A stretch of 20,201 nucleotides of DNA from Octopus sinensis (GCF_006345805.1 NW_021824003.1:1-20201), one strand, 5' to 3'. Shown: positions 1 through 10,304, counted from the first letter of the stretch. Program-made: numbers and translations. The notes: generated from the sequence alone by a model not told the origin.

Positions 1-405
1 ATATATGTATGTATATATATATGTATGTATATATTATATATATATATTATATATATTATATATATAATAATAATATATATATATACATACATACACGCGC
101 ACACACACAGAAAGAGCATATGTGTGTATCTCGACCACCGCCATTCACACGTGTACACCACGCAGGCGTACTTGAAGAACCATTTTCTGAGATAGTGTTT
201 TTAACATTATCTTGTTTTTCATCTTTTTTTTATTCTCACATTATTTCTTAAGAACATGTGCGTATGCAGATATATGCATATATGCATATATACACATACA
301 CACACACACACATATATATATATATATGAGTATGTATTTATGTATTATGTGAACGTGTATATATATGCAAATATATCTACACACACACCTATATATATAT
401 ATATA

Positions 406-446
<41 letters not shown>

Positions 447-520
447 ATATACATATATATATATATACACATCCATACATATATGCATATGTTTGTAAAT
501 ACATATATATATATACATAT
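1..520. repeat. Imperfect (TA)n/(CA)n microsatellite region
   Basis: Direct reading; tracts at ~1-110 and ~270-520. Confidence 0.9.
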
Positions 521-783
521 GCCTATGATACCAACTCGACACGACACACATGCTTCTACACACTTCTCTTATCGATACGAAATAATATTGATTTGTTGCT
601 AACCGAGGCATCTATTCACCACAAAGATATGGCCGAGCTACAGACTATCGAGTGGGTTGTTAACGCCCACTCATGTCTTGGTCTGCGAAGGAACTGAAGT
701 GGATTTCATGTCAACCACGAGTCGGAACACACTGGAGGCATCGCCGCTACCGTAACTTAGTTATAATAATGAAGCCCTCTGGA

Positions 784-817
784 AATAATAATAATAATAA
801 TAATAATAATAGTAATA

Positions 818-869
<52 letters not shown>

Positions 870-895
870 TAATAATAACAATAATAATAATAATA
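784..895 (+). repeat. (AAT)n microsatellite
   Basis: Direct reading. Confidence 0.97.
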
Positions 896-1129
896 ACTGC
901 TCATATCCTACGCAAAATACTATCTATGTAATCCCAAGGTTTAAAACAAACTTTTTATTTATTTATATTTTTTTTTAATGTATTAGACATTCACTAGTAC
1001 AACACCAAAAATGAAACACAACCCCCCACCCAAATATATGGCACAGAACTTCCAACCTTTTGTCTCTTGAGGTCTCTGGGTGAGACTTGGAGCCAACTTG
1101 TACAGACATAAAGCCAAAGTCAAACATAG
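896..1129 (+). mobile_element. Extreme 3' end of a second RLE-LINE family
   Basis: 896-931 translates TAHILRKILSM*, the same C-terminal motif as GAARILQKVLEK* (ends 2164) and GTAHILRKVLSV* (ends 9657). A ~200-bp 3' UTR and (AAT)n follow, and (AAT)n precedes it. Confidence 0.75.
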
Positions 1130-1212
1130 AATAATAATAATAATAATATTAATAATAATATAATAATAATATAATAATAATGATGATAATAATATGATAA
1201 TAATAATAATAA

Positions 1213-1280
<68 letters not shown>
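1130..1280 (+). repeat. (AAT)n microsatellite (LINE tail or target)
   Basis: Direct reading; lies between two RLE-LINE fragments. Confidence 0.97.
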
Positions 1281-1281
<1 letters not shown>

Positions 1282-2164
1282 GTAACAACGGAACCTCTAT
1301 TATTAGAAGTAAGGAGGTCAGGCTTGTGTAGGATGAACGATGGCAAAGATAAAGCACTGTACAAGCAATTGAAAACGAATGAAACTGAAAATAGGTGGGT
1401 AAAGAAAAGAATGCATGGTCAATATCAAAGGGATGTTGAAAATAAGACAGACAGAGAAAAAAGAGGGCTGTGGGTGACTAAAAGTGATTTAAAACCGGAA
1501 ACGGAGGCTCTAGTATGTGCTACCCAAGAACAAGCACTAAGAACAAACTACATAAAATACAGAATAGAGAACACAACAGAAAGTGATAAGTGCAGAAATT
1601 GATAATATGCCATACAGTGAAACTGTATGGCATATTACCAGCCAATGTACGCCACTAGGCCAAAAGGAATATAAGAGATGCCAGAACAATATAGCCAGAC
1701 TTGTCCATTGGACACTCTGCAACAAGTATGGACTTGACAGAGAAAAAACTTGGTACGACCACAAACCTGACTGCATCGTCGAAAATTGAAATGCAAAGAT
1801 CCTATGGGATTTTATGATTCAGTGCGACCATGAGATAGAGAATAGGAAGCCAGACATAGTCTTAATTGAGAAAGAAAGCAAACTATGCTGGATTATAGAT
1901 TTAGCATGCCCAGCTGACAACAAGGTATGCGATAAGGAAGAAAGAAAAGTCGATAGATATGACAGGTTAGCTTGGGAACTTAAGCAGTTGTGGTCGATGA
2001 AAAAGGTAGCAGTAGTTCCAATAATTGTTGGAGCCCTGGGAACAGTGAGCAAAAATCTCGAGAAGTACGTAGAACAAATAGAGGCTGCAATAATGGTGGA
2101 GCACTTGCAGAAAACAGCAATGCTTGGAGCCGCTCGAATACTCCAGAAGGTGCTCGAAAAATAA
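1282..2164 (+). pseudogene. Disrupted retrotransposon ORF (zinc knuckle plus restriction-like endonuclease)
   Basis: Frame 1282-1602, frameshift near 1597-1618, next frame to an in-frame TGA at 1787-1789, then the same frame continues NAKILWDF into ORF 1814-2164 and ends at TAA 2162-2164. No RT catalytic core is present. Confidence 0.9.
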
Positions 2165-2241
2165 GGGGTGTTACCTTAGTTCACTGGTAGTGAACAGCTG
2201 ACACCGTAATACATCTTCAGCGTTAGAAGCTGTGCAGAGGC
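1282..2241 (+). mobile_element. 5'-truncated RLE-type non-LTR retrotransposon (R4/Dong-like): C-terminal ORF part, 3' UTR, then microsatellite tail
   Basis: Joined frames read ...RWVKKRMHGQY...LKPETEALVCATQEQALRTNYIKYRI...KCR / ETVWHITSQC...YKRCQNNIARLVHW...*NAKILWDFMIQCDHEIENRKPDIVLIEK...WIIDLACP...KEERKVDRYDRL...VPIIVGALG...LQKTAMLGAARILQKVLEK*. These are the post-RT linker, CCHC knuckle and PD-(D/E)xK motifs of RLE LINEs. Flanked by (AAT)n on the left and (GAT)n(AAT)n on the right. Confidence 0.92.
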
Positions 2242-2242
2242 A

Positions 2243-2276
<34 letters not shown>

Positions 2277-2281
2277 CAATA

Positions 2282-2326
<45 letters not shown>

Positions 2327-2329
2327 TAA
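2242..2329 (+). repeat. (GAT)n(AAT)n microsatellite (LINE tail)
   Basis: Direct reading. Confidence 0.95.
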
Positions 2330-2330
2330 C

Positions 2331-2503
2331 ACTTAACAGCATTTCGTCCGTCTGTACGATCTCAGTTCAAATTCTGCTGAGGTCGACTTTGCCTTTCATT
2401 CTTTCGGGGTTGATAAAATATGTACCTGCTGAACTTGGGGATCGATGTAATCGACTAGTCCCCACCTCCCCCAAGCTGCCCTTGTGGCAAAAATTCGAAA
2501 TAA
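2331..2503 (+). mobile_element. SINE family B copy, 5'-truncated
   Basis: CAGTTCAAATTCTGCTGAGGTCGACTTTGCCTTTCATTCTTTCGGGGTTGATAAAAT...GATCGATGTAATCGACT...CCTTGTGGCAAAAATT. Confidence 0.82.
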
Positions 2504-2507
2504 GTTC

Positions 2508-2538
<31 letters not shown>

Positions 2539-2556
2539 TAGTAGTAGTAGTAGTAA

Positions 2557-2625
<69 letters not shown>

Positions 2626-2651
2626 AAGTAGTAGTAGTAGCAGCAGCAGCA
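2508..2651 (+). repeat. (TAG)n microsatellite ending in (CAG)n
   Basis: Direct reading. Confidence 0.97.
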
Positions 2652-2999
2652 ACGATGTGAAAGTGTTGAAGAATAGCAGTGCAGAACTTGTGAAAATTGA
2701 TTTCTACCTCACAAATTTAAAACATTACAAAATGTACGCGTTGGTGACGTTCGGGTTACATGCGTAAACAAATCAACGGTGAAGCAGCCATATTGAATGC
2801 AGACAGATTCTGTGTCGTCATGCAAAATATTTGCAAATGGTTCATATATATAAAAAGAAAACGTATCGTTCGTTCTAAGGTTAAGAGAGTAATAATTTAT
2901 AATATATATTATAAGAGGGTAATATATAATTTGAATTTTATTTAGGGAAAGTAGTAAATATGATGTGTTTTAAAACTCGAGAAATAAGCTGGTACCCAA

Positions 3000-4070
3000 G
3001 GAAAATTATGAAAATATAAAGAGACGAACTTTACCTATTGGGACTTTTAAATAAAACAGAAAACGCTTCGTAGGATATGGAGAAATACTTTTCTATCGAA
3101 ATACATATTTTACAGCCATAGCCTTCTCAAAAAACGATGCGAGACATTACTGTGTTATAAAGGTTGATTGAGAACAGAAACTCTGCTCTAAATGTAATAT
3201 TGTATCCAAGCAAAGTAAATTTATTTAAGTAGATAGATTCTCAAAACCAACAAACTATCAGAAATTGAAACTGAATACTCATAGGAAGAATTTCATCTGC
3301 TGAGTATAAATAAGTTAGGAAACCAATTCAAAACAAAAAATATTGATAATGGAAAACCGCGAAGATAAATAATATACAAAGCAAATAACAAAACACAGCC
3401 ATATCAATTCCTAGAACATCTAAAACTATATATATAATGGCTAACAAAAGCAAAATCAGAACAACGCAAACAAAAAAATATAATTAAAAGCGAATATGAG
3501 TAAAAATTGAAGAATGGAAAATTCTAGAGATGGAAATCATGAACATGTCAATCTAATAGGAGAAATAATTAAAGAATTGAAATCAATAGATATTCCTGTG
3601 GCCCATCGGAAAATGCTAATCTGGCCATCGTAAACTTAGTGAAAACAAATACAGACATCAATATCACCAGTTTAAGCGAAATACTTTGTGCTGCAGCAAC
3701 GCAGGAGATACGAAGGGAAGTAGGTGTATTCCACCACAGTCACAAAAACACCAAAACCCGAGGAAATAAGATAGAAAAACAATCAAACAGAAATTTGTAG
3801 AAAATATGAGAAAACATATTTCTTTCTTTTTTTTATGTAATCTATAACCAAAAGACAGAATTAAGCAAAAAGTAGGAAAGGCAAATATTACAGAATTCTT
3901 AAGAAGCATCCGAAATCAGCGTCTGAAACAAAAGATTGTCATTAAATCACAAATAAACAGTCCGTATGAAAAGTGACAATCTTTGAACAAAACAAACAGC
4001 TTTGACTCTAATCCGAAGGAGATTTTAATCTATAAATCGATAACAAAATAAAATGAAAATCAACGGTAAA
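3000..4070 (+). pseudogene. Decayed N-terminal (pre-RT) region of an R4/Dong-like LINE ORF
   Basis: A-rich sense strand with few microsatellites. Broken frames give TDINITSLSEILCAAAT (3651-3701) and LKQKIVIKSQINSPYEK*...FEQNKQ/FDSNPK (3923-4018). These resemble, from memory, the N-x-L-I-Y-A-A-A and LKQ-(R/K)...RY...QN..F motifs upstream of the RT in this clade. Boundaries uncertain. Confidence 0.45.
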
Positions 4071-4075
4071 AAAAT

Positions 4076-4225
4076 TTATATATTTTGTTGACCTCGGAAG
4101 GAAGGAAGGCAAAGATGACCTTGATGGAGTTTGAACTCAAGATGATAATATTACATTTAGTAATTGCTTCTGGTTTAGGCAGAAGATCAGCAGTTTTGAG
4201 GGGATGCGCAGCGATTAAGTCGACT
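4076..4225 (-). mobile_element. Degenerate SINE family B fragments
   Basis: TTGTTGACCTCGGAAGGAAGGAAGGCAAAGATGACCTT...GAGTTTGAACTCA resembles the core. 4165-4225 resembles the tail. Confidence 0.5.
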
Positions 4226-4440
4226 GGATAATCCATAATCCTGCTGTTCGGTAAGTCTTATAGAGCTGCTCCAACATGGCCACAGACTACAAGCGACCAT
4301 GTAGATTTAGCAGAAGATTAGAAGTGTACAGAAATACCAAGGAAAAAAATGTTATTCGTTATGGAAGAAAAAAGATGGCGATTTCGTTTCAGCTGAATGA
4401 AGTACGACGGTCGAACTGATGAGATTGTCTTGAGCAAGGA

Positions 4441-4645
4441 ATTTTTTCAAATTTTGGCACAAAGCCAGCAATTTTGAGGGGGACAGTGGATCAATTACAT
4501 CGACCCAGCACTCGACTTGTAATTATTTATAGACTCCCGAAAGAATGAGAGGCAAAGTCGACGTTGATGGAATTTGAACCCAGAACGTCGAAGTGCCTCT
4601 AAGCATTTTTCTCAGCGTGCCAGCAATTCTGCCAGCTCGCCGCTT
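4441..4645 (-). mobile_element. SINE family B copy, near full length
   Basis: TTCTGCCAGCTCGCCGCTT (head on minus strand), GGCAAAGTCGAC...GGAATTTGAAC core, TTTTGGCACAA tail. Confidence 0.82.
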
Positions 4646-4698
4646 AAATAATAGGTATTTTAATAACAATGACAATAAAGGCATATATATACATATAT

Positions 4699-5018
4699 GG
4701 AGGCGCAATGGCCCACTGGTTAGGGCAGGGGACTCGCGGTCGCAGGATCGCGGTTTCGATTCCCAGACCGGGCGTTGTGAGTGTTTATTGAGCGAAAACA
4801 CCTAAAGAGCTCCACGACGCTCCGGCAGGGGGTGGTGGGTGGGGGTGTGGTGATCCCATGCTGTTCTTTCACCACTCTTTCTCCCACTCTTTCTTCTGTT
4901 GGCCTGCTCGCTTAGCAAGCGGGGTGGCGTCATTTGAAGGCTAAAACAATGCGAACGCATTGTGACTAGCGATGTGTAACAACATCTGATGGTCTGGTCG
5001 GTCCCGTGATCGCGTGAT
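4699..5018 (+). mobile_element. tRNA-derived SINE, family C
   Basis: tRNA-like head GGAGGCGCAATGGCCCACTGGTTAGGGC (A box)...GGTTTCGATTCCC (B box, 4752-4764), then a ~250-bp GC-rich body ending CGTGATCGCGTGATA. (TA)n on both sides. Single copy in this window. Confidence 0.75.
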
Positions 5019-5022
5019 ATAC

Positions 5023-5064
<42 letters not shown>

Positions 5065-5526
5065 GGTGAGAAAGAGGGAGAGAGAAAGTGAGAGAGAGAG
5101 TAAAGATTATTTGCCAACATAATGTGACAGTCCTGGTTAGGACGATTGTTACTGTTATTTAGACCCATCTGCTTCCTTATATTTTCAAACATGGGGTGTT
5201 GAGCGTCCCCACTCAGCTCAACGCAATATCTGCGTACCTATGGTTTCTGGGTTATTTCCTTTTCGTCAACACAGAATAAGTGCTCGGCTGGAGATGGAGC
5301 CACTAAACTCTTCTTCGAAATAAATACTTTTCAAAGTGACACACAGTCACTGAACTAATAAATAGAAAATTATTTATAAATAATAATTTTCTATTTCTGT
5401 ATGGTGGGGGAAGGCCGGCTGTCTGTCTGTCTGTGTGTCAAGGCTTCTTTCGGTTTCTGTCAAGAAATCCAGACGTAAGACATTTTTTGTCTTGAGGCAA
5501 TCGTAGAGGGCGCTTGCATAAGTTAA

Positions 5527-5586
<60 letters not shown>

Positions 5587-5731
5587 GAGAAAGAGAGAGA
5601 AGTGTTAAACTATCGTTTAGTGATCGTGAGTGAGTGTGTGTGTGTTAGTGTATGTGTGGTGTTTATACGTGTGTCTATGTTTTTGTGTGTACCTGTGTGT
5701 GTGCTTTTCTCTGTGTGTGTGTGTGTGTGTG
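5527..5731 (+). repeat. (GATA)n, (GA)n and imperfect (GT)n microsatellites
   Basis: Direct reading. Confidence 0.9.
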
Positions 5732-5863
5732 AGTAATTTAATGTTTGTGTGATGTTTTTCATTTACATAATGTTTGTGTAATTTTACGGCAGTCGAATAA
5801 AAACGGGACGACAATTAAGACTTACTCGCTGCAATTTGTTAACTGGAAAACAACAACCGCTTT

Positions 5864-5937
5864 TGATGATGATGATGACGATGATCATCATCATGATTAT
5901 CAGCATCAGCATCATCCCTGTCATCATCATCATTATC

Positions 5938-5968
<31 letters not shown>

Positions 5969-6290
5969 TAATAATAATAATATCAGTAACAATAGAAGAG
6001 CAAATCAAAACGAAGATGAAGAAGATGAAGAAGCAAAAGGGGGGGAGGGGAAAAGGAGGGAAGGTGGTGGAGGGAGAAGGATGGAGGAGGCTGGGGAGGA
6101 AGAGAGAAGAAAGAAGAAGGAACAGAAGAGAGAAGAAGAAGAAGAAGAAGAAGAAGGAGAAGAAGAAAAGAGAAGAAGAAGAAAGAAGAAGAAAAGAGAA
6201 GACGAAGAAAAGAAAGAAGAAGAAGAAGAAAGAAGAAAAGAAAAGAAGGAGAAGAAGAAGAAGAAGAAGAAAAGAAAGAAGAAGAAGCAG
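5864..6290 (+). repeat. Compound (GAT)/(CAT)/(AAT) repeats followed by a purine-rich (GAA)n tract
   Basis: Direct reading. Confidence 0.92.
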
Positions 6291-6496
6291 CTTTGGATTA
6301 CACAAGCAGCACAGCAGTCAGAACACAATAACTGCAACATCAAAAAACATCAACAATCACAACAACATCATCAATAAACAGACCATCATCCATCAGGAGC
6401 TCTCTCTCTCTCTCTTTCTCCTCTCTGATCTCCATTCTCCAAAAACAATGAAATGGCACCAATAAAAGACAAGAAAGAATCGCTGACAATATAAAC

Positions 6497-6776
6497 ATGT
6501 GTGTGTGTGTTGTGTGTGCGCGCACACACCCACATATATATATGGGTACGTATGAATATATGCCCGGGTATTTGTGTGTATGCATTTATGTACATTGTGT
6601 GTGTGTGTATACATATATATATATATATATATAACATATATATATATACATATATATACATATATATACATACATATATACCATGTTTGTATCTATGTTA
6701 TATATATGTATATACATAACTATACGTAGATAGGTATGTATGTATGTATATGTAAATAAGTATATGTGAATATATG

Positions 6777-6838
<62 letters not shown>

Positions 6839-7092
6839 CATAACTTTGCGTTGGTATGTATGTATATGTAAATAAGTATAGGTGTATATATATATACATA
6901 AATATATGCATGTATATATATAGATAGATATTATACATATATGTGCGTCTACAAATGTATATATATATATGTTTATATATATGTAAATATATATATTATA
7001 TACGTATGCATAATAAATATATGTGTATATACGCATGTATGTATGTATGTATGTATGTATGTATGTATGTATATATGTATGTATGATGTATG
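6497..7092. repeat. (TA)n/(GT)n/(TATG)n compound microsatellite
   Basis: Direct reading. Confidence 0.92.
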
Positions 7093-7762
7093 TACGATCA
7101 ACACTCTAAGTAGAAGACTAAAGACAATGAAAGTGACAAACACTTGTTTTGTTGTTGTTGTTGTGTTTTTTTTTTCGTTGTTTGCAAACATTTCTTCTTT
7201 CTGTTTTTGGAAGAATTAAGGAGATAGGAATCATAAACACGAACCATTAATATGGAAGCTTGAGAAAGAATGGTATTTTATACAGAATCTATATTGGTAA
7301 AGAGAGACAGGAAAATACAAATAATAACAGATACTAGTCACTTCCAAAGCAGGTGAGAATCTACCGAATGGATGGTCGGTGGGAGTGGGGGCGGAGGTGG
7401 CGGCGGCGGCGGAGGCGGTGTGGTGTTGTTTTTTTTTATCGGAAGTGGGTTTATCAAATGATACGTGTTAGATACTATTATTTCTGGTGATGGCGGTGGT
7501 ATTGATGGTGGTGGTGGTGGTGGTGGTAGTTCATGGGAGGTTTATTTAGAAAATATAAGATAGTAGACCGGTTGCATAAACGCCAACAAAAACACCTCTA
7601 ACAACAACAACACCAATGCAAGCAGCACCTACAACACGAACAACAACAGCACCAACGCCAGCGGCAACTCCGCCGTCGTTCTAATTTTATATTTGTTTTA
7701 TAATTTGACATTTTGAAATGTTACCCTACTTCCGGTTACATTTCTATAGTTTTAACAAGCGT

Positions 7763-7779
7763 AGATATTATATATATAT

Positions 7780-7812
<33 letters not shown>

Positions 7813-8195
7813 CATAATATATATGTATAGATATAGATATGTATAGTATGTAGTATGTATATTCCTATGCATATATATGTATATATGTATATGTATATAT
7901 ATGTATGTATATGAGTATGTATGTATATATATATATAGATATATATATTATATATATAATATATATATATATAATATATATAACATATATACAACAACAT
8001 ATTTTATTTGCTTGTTCAGCTTAGAGCTGCGGCCATGCTATGCACCGCCATATATATATATATATATATTATATATACGCGCGCGCACACACACACACAC
8101 ATATATATATATATGGAGATTATATTGAGAGAGAATTAGATAGATAGATGTATATATATATATATACACACAAACACACACACATGCGCACACAA
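7763..8195. repeat. (TA)n/(CA)n-rich region
   Basis: Direct reading; contains the small SINE tail fragment at ~8000-8049. Confidence 0.9.
8000..8049 (-). mobile_element. 3'-tail fragment of SINE family A
   Basis: GCTGCGGCCATGCTATGCACCGCC matches the family A tail. Similar short matches lie near 8352-8372 (-) and 4265-4285 (+). Confidence 0.45.
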
Positions 8196-8485
8196 ACTTG
8201 TTTTCTTTGGGGGTGGGTGAGGTGGGAGAGGTTGTATGTGGATTGGTGATTCTCAATTAAAATTTATAGCGGAATGCAAATTGTGTTGGTTTATCGTTTA
8301 GGCATTCGGGAAGCGTTACTTTTATGATCTTTGGCAGGTTCCAGGCAGTTCGCTGTGGCCATGCTGGAGCACTTGATATCGATTATTGAATAACAATTCT
8401 GCAATGTTGCTTCTTTTTATTTTCCATTATTTAGTTTCTTTTTTCGGAAGAAAAAGGAGAAAAGTGCAAAATCAGAAACATACCT

Positions 8486-8600
8486 TGTGTGTGTGAGTGT
8501 GTGTTTGTGTGTGTATACGTGCGTATGTGTGTGCGCGTGTGTATGTATGTGTGCGTGTATGTGTGTATTTGTAATTAATTAGACAGACAGACTGACGGAC

Positions 8601-8672
<72 letters not shown>

Positions 8673-8690
8673 CAGGCATACAGACAGATA
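8486..8690 (+). repeat. (GT)n, (GACA)n and (GATA)n microsatellites
   Basis: Direct reading; a further (GT)n lies at ~8891-8930. Confidence 0.92.
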
Positions 8691-8891
8691 TGCAAGGAGA
8701 GATTCTGAACATAGACTTTAGAGTTGGTGCTATGAACAGTAGCCAAATCACCCTCAAATCACAAGCCACCGTCTTCAGAATAGGATTTATTTCTCTTTTA
8801 GTCCAAGTTATACAATTAGACGTGAAGGTCATGGTAGGTATACCTGTGGTCTTACGTGTGTGAGTGTACGTGAGAGAGAGGGAAGGATTAT

Positions 8892-8930
<39 letters not shown>

Positions 8931-9505
8931 CTCCCTCATGTCTAAGTTGAAACTAAAGCAACCAAACTAACAGCCGTAGCGAGAGCCAATCGAAGGTAAA
9001 ATGATCAGCTAGAAATAACAGCTACATCCCCCACAATCGTATCCAACATGTACAACAGAGACATTGGACTATCTAGTCCCAGAATGACTCGTAACTGGAT
9101 AAAAGACAGCAATAAATACCATGTCTTGGTTCCCAGGGCTGAATGGATAGCGATGAGCGAAGGTTAAGCAACAACGACAACAACCACGACAACAACAACC
9201 AACAACAACAGCATTGCATAAAGTTTAAAGCTTCTGGCTCCTTCATTAACTTTAATATATGGAAGCCTAAAAATCTATTTAAAGTTTCCATACTTAATTA
9301 AAACTAATTAATGTTTCTGAAGAATATTTTATTTAACGGCGAAACTCTCCCCCTCTCCATTCCGACTTCCTCTGCAAAATTCTCAAAGAGAAGAATCAGG
9401 GATTTATGTTTACGTAACTGCGCTGTTTACAGCAGGAACGGGGTTCGATTCCCGCAGGAGATCATGCAACTCTTTACCCCGTCTTCTTCTATATGATATC
9501 TCCGT

Positions 9506-9507
<2 letters not shown>

Positions 9508-9559
<52 letters not shown>

Positions 9560-9594
9560 GTAATAATAACAACAACAACAATAATAATGATGAT
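9508..9594 (+). repeat. (AAT)n/(AAC)n microsatellite
   Basis: Direct reading; (TAG)n follows at ~9732-9769. Confidence 0.95.
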
Positions 9595-9724
9595 GTCTTG
9601 CAAAAATCAGCCTTATTGGGCACAGCGCACATCTTAAGGAAAGTATTATCTGTCTGAGGTCCTTATGACTTGACAGATGACTAAAGACTCCGGTGCATTT
9701 TTACCTACACTGTGTTACGAAGGA
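9592..9724 (+). mobile_element. Extreme 3' end of a third RLE-LINE family
   Basis: 9592-9657 translates DVLQKSALLGTAHILRKVLSV*, followed by a ~67-bp 3' UTR. It lies between (AAT)n and AATAACAATAG(TAG)n. Confidence 0.85.
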
Positions 9725-9769
9725 ATAACAATAGTAGTTGTAGTAGTAGTAGTAGTAGTAGTAGTAGTA

Positions 9770-9871
9770 CTTGGCAATATCAGGACTCAACTACCAACTT
9801 GGCTGAAAAATCTCTGTGCAAGTGTGAAGGTAAAACACCTACAAAATTCAGCGTTGCTTGGAACTGCACAT
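9770..9871 (+). mobile_element. C-terminal fragment of a fourth RLE-LINE copy (3' UTR missing)
   Basis: Translates LGNIRTQLPTWLKNLCASVKVKHLQNSALLGTAH, which aligns without gaps to LGTVSKNLEKYVEQIEAAIMVEHLQKTAMLGAAR in the 1282-2241 element. Begins right after (TAG)n. Confidence 0.8.
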
Positions 9872-10269
9872 ACTAGGTTTGGTGACAGATAATGAGTAAA
9901 AGAACACTGCACACGCAGTGGGAGAGAAAGAACCATAGCGACAGAAGTGGAGGGGGAGGGGTAAGAGGAGGAGGAGGAGGAACAGGTGGAGGAGTAGAAC
10001 TGGTATTGAATGACAGGGAAGTTATGGCAAGAGTTAACACGAATGAGAAATTTGTTTTGTTTAGTTTTATTTCATTTCATTAGCAAATAATAAATATTTT
10101 GCGTTCAAAAATTTGTATTCTTTTCATCATTTTGTACAAGCACCAAGAAATTTGATTAATGTTCAATTATAATTATAGTATGTAGATGATATTTCCTGAT
10201 ATAAGCCATAGTGGCAAACATGTTCTCCCAATTTTGCGTCATACAAGGCTGGTGTAACCTCAAGTAGAT

Positions 10270-10304
<35 letters not shown>

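Noticed and set aside
520-783. Moderately GC-rich segment with hairpin GAGTGGG/CCCACTC (650-672) before (AAT)n
   Set aside because: It may be another retroelement 3' end, but I found no coding motif or second copy to support a call.
1814-2164. Stand-alone restriction-like nuclease gene or domesticated defence system
   Set aside because: It is in frame with upstream LINE sequence across a premature stop and ends in a LINE 3' UTR and tail, so it is a fragment of a dead retrotransposon.
4380-4450. CTGATGAG, a hammerhead ribozyme core motif
   Set aside because: No stem II followed by GAAA and no flanking stems could be built.
4699-4772. tRNA gene
   Set aside because: It has A/B boxes but no complete cloverleaf and runs into a SINE body, so it is treated as a SINE head.
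5745-6465. Overlapping ORFs of 112-210 aa (poly-N/E/K/I/H)
   Set aside because: They are translations of triplet microsatellites, open in several frames on both strands, with no domain content.
9439-9455. Isolated B-box-like GGTTCGATTCCC
   Set aside because: No convincing A box or tRNA fold nearby; at most a SINE remnant.
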